64,000 nucleotides of DNA, taken from Antedon mediterranea. Its lineage: Eukaryota; Animalia; Echinodermata. The notes beneath the pieces were generated by a model. That model did not search any database. It had not been told where the DNA came from and worked only from the letters and a program-made list of their open reading frames with translations. A program made the translations under genes and the position numbers. Positions within the stretch are counted from its first letter, which is position 1, and each line of letters opens with the position of its first letter. Below are positions 12,152 to 25,300 of the stretch, piece by piece. The stretch lies in the NCBI RefSeq assembly GCF_964355755.1, contig NC_092676.1:6363888-6427887 (forward strand), read 5' to 3'.

Positions 12152-14531
12152 CAATATTTTCAAATTTCATTTTCATTTATCCACTATAAACTGTACAAGT
12201 GTTGCTTAGACCACCCTTCAAAATAAAACGAAGAACATTTGCAGACAGAAGCAAAATTTGCTCTGCTACCGGATAACGTGTTTCAAAGTTCAGAATGTCG
12301 ATAAATTACTATTTCACCTAATTTTTACGGACGTGCGGAAATGAAGATAAATAGGGTACTACACGCGTCGGAAATACAAAACTATACGTACAATGATTTG
12401 GCCTTAAAATTATGGAAAACCCAGACAAAACACAATAAGGACAAATCGATTGGCAATATGCCCAGGGAAACGATATGAATATATTTCATTTGTCGATTTT
12501 ATTTTACGCAAAGTTCATGTGTGAATGCTTGATCCATTAGAGGGTAATCTGATGGCGCTAGTAACACTATTATGTGTGGGATAATTTGTGAATGACGTAG
12601 TACATACACGAGACTAGATAGGAAAGATCTGCACTGCCGTTCATTGCGAGAGGAGGGTGAAGTCTGGTAATGTGTCATGATAATGTAACAAGCCAGAGAT
12701 GAAATAAAATCACGAATACATTTAGCTGATTGTCGTTGTGTTAGTCGGCGTCAGAAGTTTATCGACCGACATCACATATCTATTTCTCATGTGTAGCAGA
12801 GCGTTTTTATTGAATAATTTTGTTCGTAAGTTCATTTTAACTAAATTGAAAACCAATGGTTTATTCAAATTCAACACTGTAACTAATCCCTCACTATTCA
12901 ATAATTATATTATTATACTATTATATTGTTGAAAAATGGATTTCGTGATATGAAAATTGATTGACAGTAAAACGTAACAAAGATACGTTCTAGTCTGATT
13001 ATTAGGTATCCATACAGTGATGAAGCTGAAGTATTTTGTAGCGTTCATTGTAAAGGTAGTTAAAATCGTTGCCATTACTTTATTTTTACCAATTTTAACA
13101 ATTAACCTAACAACAAAACATTCAACAATGATAAAATGCCCTGCAACTCTGTAACTACTTTACGACTAAGCATATCAAGGTCCGGGTCCCTCCAAACCCC
13201 CAACCCTAAATTTTAAAAGAACCCTTTTTTTGATTATTTTAATCTTTTTTTAATTATGTGACATATATTTGTGTGTATGTTTGGATACACAACGGCAAAA
13301 ATGCAGGCAAACAACAATACGATCGTAGCAGAAACACACGCGATGAAAAATAGGATAACATAACATGCTTCAATGTGAATCAGGGGGAATTCCCGATGAA
13401 GTAACTTCCGTTACGGTAATAAATTATAATAACAATAATTAATGATTAATAATTAATTAATGTACATTAATTATTATTATCAATTATTAATGATTTTAAA
13501 AAGTTAGAAAAAAAAAAGTATGAAGCTGCTGCTATAAATATTGAGAAAAACGTTTAATTGCATTATTTTTAATTAAATGCTAAATAAGTAAAACAACAAT
13601 TTAACTGTATATAAAATAATAAATATAACTTTGAAATAATGATGGACATTTTGCAGAAAGAAGAAAATTTTTCTCAACTACCAGTATAAAACTGTTACTA
13701 CAGAAATGTACGGACGTATACGGAAATGAAGATAAATAGGGTACTACAGTACACGGAAATACCAAAATTATGATTGGGCCTTAAATTATGGAAAACCTCC
13801 GGCAAAACGCAATAATTATGAACAAATTGACTAACTCTATGACCGGTTTTTCCAGAACAGAGTAGTGTTTGTAAGCCTCTTTTCGTACCTTTTATGTTAA
13901 GGAGAGATACATTTCCCTGCTCTTTTGACGCGCGCACCACAAGCAACAAGTCAGTAAAAAATTCATTTTGCGCATGCATTTACAAAAAAAATACGTCGAC
14001 CGCCGTTGTATATTGTGCGTGGTATAGTAGGCCTTTAGTGACTGCTGGTTAAATATTACGGTGCATTCTGAAAATTTGCAAATATTTTCTTCCAGACTGG
14101 ACTTATATAACGTTATATGAATATTGTATACGATGAAATGGGACGTAAATTTTTATTTAGTGGCAGAAACAAAATTTAGTATGAAATTAAGGGTGTTGCC
14201 CTGGTCACTAGAGCAACAACCCTGGGTCCGCCCCTGAGCTGAAATACATGGAATTAAGTTTTATTTACTTAATTTTTGTTTACTAGATTTATGAAATTCA
14301 ATCATAATTTAAAATCTAAACTTACAGCACCAGTGTATTTACAGGAATTCCAACTGGCCATTCATTGAGTCTACGGTTCGTACAATTCACTATTCGTGTT
14401 CTTTCTGTGCATTCACAAACTGCATTCACTTTAGTATCATTACTACATGCAACCTCAAAACATATAGATGATTTCACCAACAAACAAAACGATAAAAAAG
14501 TCAATAAATTATGAGACATCATCTTCAACAT
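701..14531 (-). CDS. LRR receptor paralog A (5' part; continues past window start). Exons 14531-14326, 10903-10832, 10331-10272, 9473-9402, 9003-8944, 8812-8744, 772-701
   Basis: Exon 1 encodes a signal peptide and LRR-NT (MLKMMSHNLLTFLSFCLLV...CEC...VNCTNRRLNEWPVGIP). GT-AG phase-2 exons of 72/60/72/60/69/72 bp follow, encoding YLSDNNLKKIDTNALLELQDLIS, NLANNSLTSLPKFPKTIAS, KIGYNNLKEIDDDALLDLHKLTS, YLNNNLLTSLPRFPKRIVS, YAMNNMLTEVSTCFNDLPHLRT and NINRNSISILNNTTFKGSNLVDH. Colinear with copy B. Confidence 0.9.
1233..3682. mobile_element. Non-autonomous element with long (~330 bp) terminal inverted repeats
   Basis: 1233-1560 (TCCAGCTCGATATTTGTGCC...CAGCCGCCATTTTGTATTTCAAAATG...GGTCAAAAGGTCAA) is the reverse complement of about 3320-3682. 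The block is absent from the paralogous intron of copy B (~39020-39050). Confidence 0.8.
2620..2780 (-). mobile_element. LINE 3' tail remnant (L2/CR1-like) with (TTGA)n tail
   Basis: The minus strand reads CAGCGCCATGAGCAATG...CACTATATAAAT and then (TTGA)n, typical of an L2/CR1 3' end. Confidence 0.5.
4186..5162. mobile_element. Dispersed repeat flanked by (TA)n, with a tRNA-like module and a ~200-bp terminal palindrome
   Basis: TA runs at both ends. The minus strand at 4425-4510 has A/B-box-like TGGCCCAGCGG...GAGTTCAAG. 4960-5150 is a near-perfect hairpin. Pieces recur at 34050-34225, 35180-35440, 37040-37462 and, reversed, 46560-46950. Confidence 0.7.
6487..7308. mobile_element. 822-bp almost fully palindromic foldback element with internal 15-bp tandem arrays
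   Basis: TIR AGTATGGAACGCCGTTTACGCA...TGCGTAAACGGCGTTCCATACT. The arms carry (TGAATGAAATGTTTT)n and its complement and pair up to a ~27-bp spacer (6891-6917). CC flanks both sides. Inserted into a ~76-bp tandem repeat (6355-7400). Confidence 0.9.
10185..10252 (+). mobile_element. L2-like LINE/SINE 3' tail
   Basis: GGCGCCTTGAGCACTC...GTATGTGCGCTATAAAAATC followed by (TTA)n. Confidence 0.5.
10957..11210 (+). mobile_element. tRNA-derived SINE
   Basis: Degenerate tRNA head with B box GGTTCAAGTCC, a body ending GATCACCCTCATTAAATA and an A-rich tail. Absent at the paralogous site in copy B. Confidence 0.65.
11620..14236. mobile_element. Non-autonomous DNA transposon, TIR CAGGGGCGG, 5-bp TSD AGCTG (hAT5-like)
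   Basis: Ends read TAAGCTG|CAGGGGCGG...CCGCCCCTG|AGCTGAAAT. The empty site is visible in copy B (42325 GTGAATAAGCTAAAACAC). Internal direct duplication 11985-12430 ~ 13500-13820. No transposase ORF. Confidence 0.85.
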
Positions 14532-17169
14532 TTTTGCAGGTAAATGCAAATGTAGACTGCCTCTACGGCAGTTATAGATTGTGAGAAACTTTACCAAGGA
14601 CAATGCTGTATTATATGAAGCAATACAATTCAACCGTTTAAGGTTTTATTTGTGTTTCTTTATATAAAAGTATGTTTTGAAACAATTCATTCACCAATAC
14701 GAACAATTTCCGGGTTTAATGCATGGGTTGTGTTCTAGTATTATTGGCTGCTCTTTCAATACAAATACAAACAGACGTTAAGACAACAACACAATGTGTG
14801 TAACCTCGTGATGTTTTGTCATCTTAACGATCCTAACCATTGATTGTGCCATGATATAATACAATGTAGGACTTGATTTTAGAAAATAAAATGCATTCAA
14901 ACAAATAAAAAGAAAGTAAAACAAAATTATTGGTTGGTTTCAAATTCATGGGTTTAATTAAATAAGGAAACATAAACAACAAAAGCAAGAGCATGCTATG
15001 ATTTGTTTGTTTTGCAGAGATGTTAATATTTTAAAGGAATGGATTATGAATTCTGATGACGATCTTTTCAAGTCAGTGCTGTCTAAAATAAACAATTAAA
15101 AAGAATATATAACTTATTTAAAAAACATGCTAAAAATGTTTCACAGCTTTACCTAAGTATATTGTTTAAAGTAGTATTGTAACAAACTACCCATAACACA
15201 AACCATCTAAAGAATATTAAGCCCAGGCAGCAATAAATGAATTATATAACGTTAATATATTAGCCGACTCATTCATCAACATTTCATGTAGTTCATGAAC
15301 ATTTGAATCAAATCATTTTTATGCACCGTTCGCCTGTTAATCAGTTGAAACAACTGGTTTGCACACGATACGCTCGTTTGAGTTCAAACAATAATTATTT
15401 CAACCATCCACTTTCCAAACAGCAGTTTTTCGTACCGAAAGTCTTTTCCTGATACGTGTTAAAGTGGTTCCATATTAATAACCTACTTTTTATTGGCCAG
15501 TTTTACACACTGTTCGTTTGTTCATGATTTCATGTCAATAAAATCCATCATGATGATATACTACAGTTGTTGTAATGTATTCGAGGATATAAAACTTGTC
15601 CATGATTAAAACAATGGATATAAATTAGAAAAATATTCTTTGCCAATTGCCAATTGCCAAAAAGAGACAATAACTAACAAATCGTATGGGTTCAGTATCT
15701 TAACAACAAATAACAAGTTTGATTAAAGTATGACGAATGAGGGCGTACTTTATTTTATGGAAGGCCATTTTTATTTGGACATTTTTAAACACATATCTGT
15801 ATATTATATACTAGTTTAAATTTGGATTTATTTTTATGTTATGTATTTCATTATATATTTTATTGCAAACTGAACTTAAATTATGCTATAAACAGTTATT
15901 ACCATTGATTACATAGCTTTTTAAAATATATTTGTTTACGGGCGCTAACGGCGTATCGTAATTTCGGTCACGCTTCTTCTCTGCATTCGCGGTATAAAAA
16001 ATTACGACATGAGGTGGTTAAAAATAGCGTACAGATCTCTAATTTTCTCGTTAAATCCTAGATTTTGCCCAACTCAAATAAAGAAATTAACTTTCAAATA
16101 TATTCTGAACATACTGCGTGCATTTCATTAGGGTAAGATCTTATGCCAAGGTGAGGGTGATTTTTGACTGGACTAAATAGCCTACAATAAAAAACAAATA
16201 TAAATTATTGATTCCTAAAAAGTATGTTTGTTACAATATTATACAGAAATGATGAGAAATGAGTCTTAAGAACCTTAAGATTATACGTGTGAGACCCCAA
16301 AATATAATAAATTTATGTAATGGAAAGTGGTTTTGGTGTTAGTGTTTATGTAGAATTATCCATGTCAGGATATGTAGGCTTACGTGAGCTAGCTATAGAT
16401 ATTTTCTCTTATCTTCTTCAATCATCTCTTTCATTCAAATGAATATGATATTTCTTATTCCTAGCCATCTTTTGTTTCAGTTTATTATAATTTATAATAT
16501 CTATTTTAAATCTTACCTTTGGGCTCTACATACTGATTTTAATTCATTGTCAAAAGATATCAACATACTGGCAGTTTAGGACAAACCTGTTGAGCCGTTA
16601 AATGGACAAACCACCACTCATAGTCACGAATGTGCAAACATCATGCCATTAAATGTAAATGTCAGACTTTGGTGACCGATTAGAGGCACCCTATTGAAGA
16701 TTGAAACCATGCCTTCATAGAATGGATTTGATTATATTTTGTCAAATTAATGTACTTTAAGGTTTTTATGAGAGAGTTATATACGCCTAATATTTTTTTA
16801 TTTGTCAAAGAATATCTAGAAGGGTCTACTTATCTATATTACTTTATTTTATTTACATAAATGTTGTTTTGCTTCTAGGGCTGACTTTCAATATAATCTT
16901 TCCTTTTCGTAAGAGCGGAGTAATAATAAACATTGTTAACCTTCATGGCCTGTCAAATTGAAATAAAATGAGATCAACGTGTAATGAAAATATATCTTTT
17001 CAAAGCAAACACACAATTTAGTATAATGCAAATTAAATCCTTTATTCTGTGTATAAGGTTACAAAGTAATTAAAATAGTATTATTCAATAAAGTAAGTGT
17101 TTTTTTTTCATTGGAAACATGTGTCTATATTACATACTTTTATTTCACATTATTTTATCCATTAAAATA

Positions 17170-17303
17170 TGTACGGAATTCATTTTAAAATGTGCCTGTC
17201 TGTGTACGGAATTCATTTTAAAATGTGCCTGTCTGTGTACGGAATTCATTTTAAAATGTGCTTGTCAGCGTACGAAATTCATTTAAAAATGTGCCTGTCT
17301 GCG
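17170..17303. repeat. 33-bp minisatellite, 4 copies
   Basis: TGTACGGAATTCATTTTAAAATGTGCCTGTCTG repeated in tandem. Confidence 0.92.
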
Positions 17304-18159
17304 TAGGCCTAATATTTAAAATAATGACAACATTTTAAATAAAAGATAGTCTGTTCAATGAAAATCTTAAGGTATTAACATTAAAGACATTTTGCTTCAG
17401 ATTGAAATCTTCATTCTGTGTAATACATTTTGTATAATATCGTGGAAAGCTCAGTTTAGAAAAAAGACACTACACGTGTATATAAAACACCAATCAATGC
17501 TATTCCTTCAGGGGCATAGAGACAAGCAAACTTATTATAAATGTAAACTATGTAATATTCTGGGTATTGGCTTTGGCCGTTGTGAAGGGATGAGTAATAC
17601 GCAAGGTGAAAGTTGTACAGCATGACATTACAGCAACATCAGCCTAAGTTTCTTTATTCAAGATATATTGTCCCCCAAAAACATAATAAATGAAGATTAA
17701 TTAATTCATACTTTGAATAGGTTATTTGTAGTTAATAAAGTTAATCCCTTCCGTAAAAAATCAAAACAAACAAATAATGTTTTCTCTTTCTTAATGTTAA
17801 ATTCAACCAAAAACCCATTGGCTGCAAGCCAATTTGACCATTAAAAAAAATTCAAATTACAGTTTTTTTAGGTAAATACATTTTTTCGATTCAATTTTTG
17901 TTCAAAGTGGATAACTATCATGTGACATTAAAATGCCATATTCAACAAAAGCAGTTAAACATTTTTTTTTTCAGAGAACAATACATATTTAAGTAATCAA
18001 AGTCATTTAAAATACTGTAGGCCTACATAAATATCAAAATAACACTTAAATAGAAAACATTTGAGCAAAGGAACAGACCTTGATCACAAGGATAGCCAAG
18101 AAAAACGTCCTTATCAAAACAAACTATTATTAGATCGTGTTTGTTATTACTTCTTACTA

Positions 18160-18720
18160 TCATTACTAGTAACATTCATTGCAACGGCGTTACTTTTACT
18201 CACTACAGACGGTTCACTCATGGCAGTACCCTCCCTATTGATGTTCTCGGCTGCTAAAGTACATGTTATCTGAAAAAAAAAAAATAAAAGAACTTCTAAA
18301 CGAATCCTAGTTTTATTATTGAAGGTTGTGCTGTGGGGTAGTTGTCCTTAGGAAGGAAGTTGTTCCTGATGGAGAGGTTGTTCTGATGGGAAAGTTGCCC
18401 TAATAGCTGTTGAATGCTAAGGCTAGTGTTGCCTTAAAGCTATGCTAACTTTTCTGGCTGTTTTACTTTATGGTTTTGATTTAGCTTTTTGCTTTTAGAT
18501 TTACATATATATGTATATTATTAGATCTCGTCAGTGCAGATCAGGTTTCGAAATGAAATGTACCACAGAACATAATATGTTTAGAGTTTCTTATATTATT
18601 TGTTTTGTTTCAGATAACATGTTTGCAGCCGAGTACATCAACACGGATGACACTGCAATGAGTGAACCGTCTGTAGTGAGTAAAAGTAACGCCATTGCAA
18701 TGAATCTTCCTAGTAATGGT
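18160..18720. repeat. Inverted pair of ~115-bp exon-like segments (18160-18275 and 18605-18720)
   Basis: Both read TTTCAG|ATAACATG...ATGAGTGAACCGTCTGTAGTGAGTAAAAGTAACGCC..TGCAATGAAT..CTAGTAATG, on opposite strands. Confidence 0.85.
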
Positions 18721-19051
18721 TTTTTTTGTCTTGTGTGGGTTCGTCCCAAGTCCAATGTAATATTTTGGCTCTGTGTGTATGTGAGTCGCTTCATACCCGG
18801 ATGACATATCTTAAAACTAATATAGTTACTAGGCCTATATACAATGTATTTAAGAGATAAAAAAAAGCATTTTTTTTATTTCATTAATTTAAGGAGATTT
18901 TGCTTTATATCTCCCCATTTACATTGAGCTTTAAAGTAGTAGCACTTCCTAGTAATGGTAGTAAGAATTAATAACCAACACGTCCCAATATATGTTTTTT
19001 TTAATTGTCGTGTTTAAAAAACGACATGTTAATAATTAATTATTATTATAG

Positions 19052-19245
19052 TGCATATCAAGCAGACGGTCCGAGTTCGAGTCTCTATTGGGGCGAATTT
19101 TCTCATTCTCACAGATTTCCTCATCTTTATCGTTTCAAAAATTAATTAGTGCAGCTCAGGTTTCGAAATGAAAATTTACCGCTGAACTGGCACAATATCT
19201 AGGCTGAGCCAGGTATGCGGGATGCGGGACATGGTACGCTGATTA
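19052..19245 (+). mobile_element. 5'-truncated copy of the tRNA-derived repeat at 31505-31790
   Basis: TGCATATCAAGCAGACGGTCCGAGTTCGAGTCTC...TTCTCATTCTCACAGATTTCCTCATCTTTATCGTTTCAAA matches the reverse complement of 31520-31615. Confidence 0.75.
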
Positions 19246-20448
19246 TCTATATATAAATTTACGTAAGGGCAAAATTCAATAAATCGCGCCTTACTTCTAG
19301 AATTTTTACTCGATGGTATAAATTATAAAGTTGGTTCGTACTTTCGGTACTGATTTTAACCACCTGATGAAACCCTGTTTACTAATTAAATTAAGTTAGA
19401 TAATTAGTTATTGACGATTAAAACGAATTTAGGTTCAACGATTTGCCCCAAATAGGGGTGTTTTCCGATCGTGGTATACACTGTCTAATGGATATCCATC
19501 TTGAAAAATACCTGCCACAAAAATGCGAGGAGGCTTCGCATTTTCCTATCTCCTCCTACTATAATTGTTTTTAATAGCTGAAAACTGGTTGAACAGCTAG
19601 AGTACAGCATCATAATGTTGAAGACAGGCCGATTTTCTTAAAAAAATACTATTTTGATAGATTTAATATACGATTATACAAATGTATTGATTTGCGATGA
19701 ATGGAACATCCCAATCTCTCATCAGTCTGCCAGAATTTGGTTTAACACAAGTAGGTAAATTTATGAGCACATTTGGTTTAGCACATATGGTAGGTAAATA
19801 TATGGGCCCTTTGAGAATAAACTTGCAATTCTTTGACAATACTGTAAATAGCTATTAACTATTTTTGGTCCTCATTTGAATTGAACATTTCTTACTGTGA
19901 ATGTTCGTACTGTTAGATGTAATATAAAAATATATACAAATAAACTTTATTACTGAGATTGTGGTTAGGCTCTACTACTGTTAGATATATAAACACATTA
20001 TTATACAAATAAACTTTATACTGACAGTTCCTTCTCAACGTTTGTATTATTTATAGGCCTATAAAACATGAAAAAAATATTTCGTTACTGAGTGGATAAA
20101 AATATATTTAAAAATGTTTCCTCTTTTTACCTATCCGCTTTCCCATCCCTCAACCCTAATGTTACATACAAAACACAAATTGGGTTTCTTTAAATGAGTC
20201 CAAATCAAAAATTTTGACTCATTTGTGATAAGTTTCTCCTTCGGAAGTAATTCCCAGGGTGCTAATTTTAGCTGACTACATAAATCATCGTGTCTATTTA
20301 TTCGTTTCTGTAAACGACAATGTATTATAGTCCTGCGGTAAGTACATTTGAAATTGCCAGTTTTGTTACGCTGAAATGACTGTGTATTCGAGAACCATCT
20401 GTGGGCACTACCTAGATAGTACGCGAGCGAAGCGAGCGTTCCATCTAG
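19246..20448 (+). mobile_element. Non-autonomous Helitron, full length (~1.2 kb)
   Basis: 5' end A|TCTATATATAAATTTACG; 3' hairpin CTAGATAGTACGCGAGCGAAGCGAGCGTTCCATCTAG|T. Inserted between A and T, no TSD. Three more copies in the window. Confidence 0.88.
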
Positions 20449-22328
20449 TGAACACAAAAAGTGCACAAGCTCTACGAGCGTGATTTGCAAAATGCTAATA
20501 GTATTCACAACAAAAATGCACCGTTTTGAACTGAAGAGTGCTCTACAAAACAACATACTATAAAATGTATATAGCAGACAGTAGAGGAGCGTAATATCCA
20601 ATCTGTAGACAGTACTGTTATATTATATTCACACTTTTAGATAATGAAGGATTTATTGGGTGTTTAATGTAATTGTATAAAATAAATAATGCTGTACCCT
20701 ATTAACAATATTCTGTAATAATGCTGTACTTTTTTAACTTGTTAATGATTTGTTGGAATCTTTGTTGGTTGGTATGTTTTTTTGTAACGATTTCTATTTT
20801 TATGCGCATTCCTTTTGTTTATTTTATATGTATAGTGAAATTGATGAATAAAAAAAAAGATCACGATTTGTTTTCTTAATATAGTATAGTACCTCTCCAG
20901 CTGATCTGAACGGCCACACATTTAACACTGATTACAAATATGCTTGACGAATAGTTTCTTAGCTAGGTTCATTGAACCAAATAATATGTCACAAATTAAA
21001 TTGATTTATGTTCAGCATGGTTTTTAAAACGTATTGAGGTTTTTATTACAAATACCCCTAGCTAAAACTTCAATCTACAATATTATAAAGAAAAAAATAA
21101 CAATACTACCCTCTATAATTAATAAAAACATTTACATTATTTTTAATTTAAGGATTAAATAATTGCTTTAAAATATGTGTTACGTTATTACTAGCAAATA
21201 CACGATAAACACTTTTTAAATTGCAAATACTCAATCAGAATAAGTTTGTAAATTAAGTTGAAATAAACATTTAAAAAAAAATCACAATTTTTTTAAAAAT
21301 AAATGTTAAAATATACTATTTTTTAAATATGCTAACAAAAAGTATATCTATGTTTAAAATAAATGGATAGATTATAGATATTTTGTTATTATTTTGTTGG
21401 TATTTTTAGGTTACCTGTAATGCACAAAATACAGAATGGAACATACACAAAATTGAAAAAATTCCCTTTCCACTAAAACAACAATTTTAAAGTAGTTTTT
21501 ATAAAAAATTGTTCAAAATATTATGTCTTCGTTCTTCGCTTAGTTTCCAAAAAAGAACAATTATACATTTTTTTCTTTTAAGTGAAATCAATCAAACAAT
21601 ATAATGAAATAATTCGCCGAATATCTATATTTTGTTTAATTTGATGAAGGTACAACTTTTATTAATGCGTTTTGCTTTTTTAAAAATAGTCTAATTTACA
21701 TGATGGTGTTTCTTAAGTAGCCTACAATAATTATATCAATACTTTGTTTACAAATGGTTCTTTCTATAATCTGATTAATTGCCTGTATTGTAAGAAGGCA
21801 GATATTTAGTTATACACTCAAAAAAAATAATGAAACATAATCACCATCATACAATATTATTACCTCATTGATACATATTACTATGTCTATACATACATAC
21901 AAATACAAAATGCAATGGTATACAACAACAATGTTTACCATACGTATCTACGTTTTGTTTTCTCAATTTACTCATTTTTTTTACATTCTTGTTTGCACTA
22001 ATATTTATTATTCCAACTATTTGCTATTCTACACGTAAATGTGTTAACAAATACCCTAATGACTATTTAGTGGTTAAGAGTTCTAGTCTCAACCAGGTGA
22101 CACTTTCCACACTAGATTGATTGATCCGATATATATATATACTCTCCATTAGATTAGACTAACTTAAAAACAAACATAAATTGAAAAATGGAATAAATTT
22201 AATTCCTTATTCATCACTATCTTTGAAAAATTATTGAATATCTAAAGTTACAACAACAAAACCAGAACAAGAAATATAAGAACTAGAGTGATAGTATAAA
22301 TATTACCTTAATATAAAAACTAAAGCTA

Positions 22329-25300
22329 TTATATTATAACATTATTTTCTTCAAGGTCATCATCATCGATCTGGAGAAGTAGTGCCCCACTAATCTGACG
22401 TCGACAACAGTCTGTTTTAAGTTTCTTTAAAAAATCAACTGAAAAAGAGAGCAAACAAATGATTTAATAAACAGTAACCAAAAACTGTTTGTGTTATAAG
22501 CAGTTGGCTAAATCTGGTGGTTTGATAGGCCTATATATCCATTGTAGACCTTCGATAAATACCTTACCAATTACGATCAGCATGATAGAAACATTCAGCA
22601 TAATTAGAATAACGGGAGTTATCCTGTGTAGTAAACCAATGATGTCATCTTCATTGACTTTTTGATCCACGTTTACGATCGCCCCAATGGATAGATTGAC
22701 AACGATAAAGACAAGAGTCAACAATTGGAATCTCTGCTCTGACTTCTCTTTCATTGGTTGAAGGTACAAATGCAATACAATAAAGATGACAGTAAAAAAC
22801 AAAGAGTATGACAAACTTGAGGACACGTCATCTTTTAAGTTGACAATGAGTGCCAACAGAGCCTTGTTGTACAGCTCAAATGATTCCCAAAACCAAAATT
22901 TGTGCTTGTATTGTCCACAAAAGAACCTCACACCAATCATCCGTCCTTGATCCTGGTTTTCTTCATGCTGATCACTATGTACATATATACAGTATAGCAT
23001 AAGAACTATGACCAATGGGAAGCCAATGATGTATGTTAGAGAAATGTAAACAAGTGTTTTGTTGATTTGATATGTAGATCCATTATTTTGGTCCAGATCA
23101 ATCGAGTAGTCTGACGTTAGTACTGTTTTACTGACATTGCCATCTTCTGTAACGTTATATAAACGAATTGACCATGGTCCAACCGCCATGATGTCTGCAC
23201 ATGTGTTTGCATATGTAATGTAAAGAAGTAGCATTGACACAATGATACATTTGTCACGTGTGCGGCTCTCAGTTATTACCCCATGGCACGTATTCCACGT
23301 ATAAAACATAAGGTAAATGGCGGACATAGTTATTACTATGAAAACAGGTGTGCAAATAGCAACTTGAAGTGACGAATATGCATTCCAAGATTCAAGTAAA
23401 CATCTTGGGCTTAGCATACTAATATATCTTATGACGTCAAAATACTCAAGTATTCTACCAGCATATTCATAGTTTTTAGGCCAGTGAATATTAGTTACTT
23501 CTGACAGTATACCTAAAACCTGATAGAAATTAATAGCAATTTTTAAATATGTCACAAATGAATCTAGTTTTGTTTGTCGGTGGTGGTCGGTATTCCTTTG
23601 TTGTAATCTCCAAATGAGACAAATAACTCCAAACGTTACAAAAATAACACAAATGAATGTGATAACAGTCAGGAGAGGGCCTTGGCATTTGTGACATTCG
23701 TTAAATAACTGATAATATCCTTTTGAACATGCCGCACAAAGCCAACCAGTATATCCTTTAGCACAAGTGTCATTCAATTCCAATCCAATGCTACAACTAT
23801 TATTTCCCAGTGGACACAGGTGAATTTGTGGTAATGGACCTTTGTATACAGCATATTTTAGTTTGTTTGGATCGTCAATTGGAAATGTGTCGTTTTTTAA
23901 ATTAATTATAAATGTGTTGTACGCCGATAAACAAGGTTTTTTGTTTTGTTCTTCATCTACAATACAATCACCAGGGAAATCCCAGGACCACCAGTATCCA
24001 CGTGTTAGATTCAGATATCCTCCATTGCATGTAACGCCCTCCGGACAAGGCATGCATGGACCAAATCGATCAGTTCTATGGAACTTGTCGAGGCAATAAC
24101 AAGCATTTAGATTAGCAAATGTACTTGTATTGGTTCCAGATGGACACGTCTGGCAATCCGCGATAGACGCCGCTCCTGCATTATCTGAAAAACTTCCAAT
24201 AGGACATTGCTGACAGGTCTCTCTATAACCAATCCTTCCAATAACTCCGCGTTTATCTTGATAGAAACCACCTGCAACGACGAGATAAAATGTTTGCTAA
24301 AAACAATTTAGATAAAATCGTTTATGTATAAAGATTATTTGCTTTAACTGAAAACAATTTGATGTCATTTAAAATATTGGACATAAAATAATTGAAATAA
24401 TTAATAAATACCATCAATTACCTGGAGGGCACTTTGTACATGGTGGATGCTTATTCATGGTCGACATTATTTTGTATGTCCCCTTTTCGCATGGACTGCA
24501 CGTTCCCGTTTCTGAATTACACGCCAAACCACTACCACCATCAATATACCTTAATAGCTCTTCAGCAATGTCTATATTAATGTCTGTATTTTCAGTAACA
24601 CAAATACTAGTAAAACAATAAATTATATTATAATTATTAAACAATAAGTTTAACAATGATTGTCTTAGTATAAAACATACTACAGTACTATAACTGATAA
24701 CATGCAAAAGTCATTAGTGAATTGTCTAAATTGATATCTCATCAGGATGGGCCCAACGCACGTGGAGCGTTTAAACTAAGAGGGAATTAAAAAGTACGGC
24801 GTACATCTGGCGTATGTATTGCGTAGCATACGCCTTTATATGTTAATTAAGCAGTATCGTTATTAACGCAACTCACTACGCCTCGTCCTTGGCGTTATTA
24901 CCGACAGCTACATACCCACTACACTTACGCCACTAACTACAGCGAATCTGGAATAATTTAAAGCTTATTTCAAGATATTGATCAATCACTTCATGTTTTT
25001 TACTGTTGTATTGTAAATGTTATTGCTGATATAAAAAAAAAGCTATTTAGCTGTTCTCTGCTCTTCGATCTGAAACGCATGAAATCTTAAGGGTGAAATA
25101 AACGTAAATAATGACGAAAAGTAGATTGACTAAGAAATAGGAAATCAAGCGCTAAAAAATATTAAATAAAGATGGGCGTATTTCAAGAACTGAAAACACC
25201 AAAAGACGGCCTTCATTCATATATTCATTCATTTTATTTCACAATGCATCCCACTTGATACTTTATTACAGATTAATTCAAAATATTAAATAAAAGATTC

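Noticed and set aside
17490-17690. Minus-strand peptide faintly like GPCR TM3-TM4 (ITHPFTT...FIISLLVSMP)
   Set aside because: Multiple stops and too short to support without a homology search.
20131-20601. 156-aa minus ORF
   Set aside because: Overlaps the Helitron 3' end and has no Rep/helicase motifs.
22494-24053. Stand-alone 519-aa single-exon GPCR
   Set aside because: The frame is open upstream to an acceptor at 24271 and has a strong donor at 22567. It has more than 7 hydrophobic segments and no GPCR motifs, so it is an internal exon of gene B.
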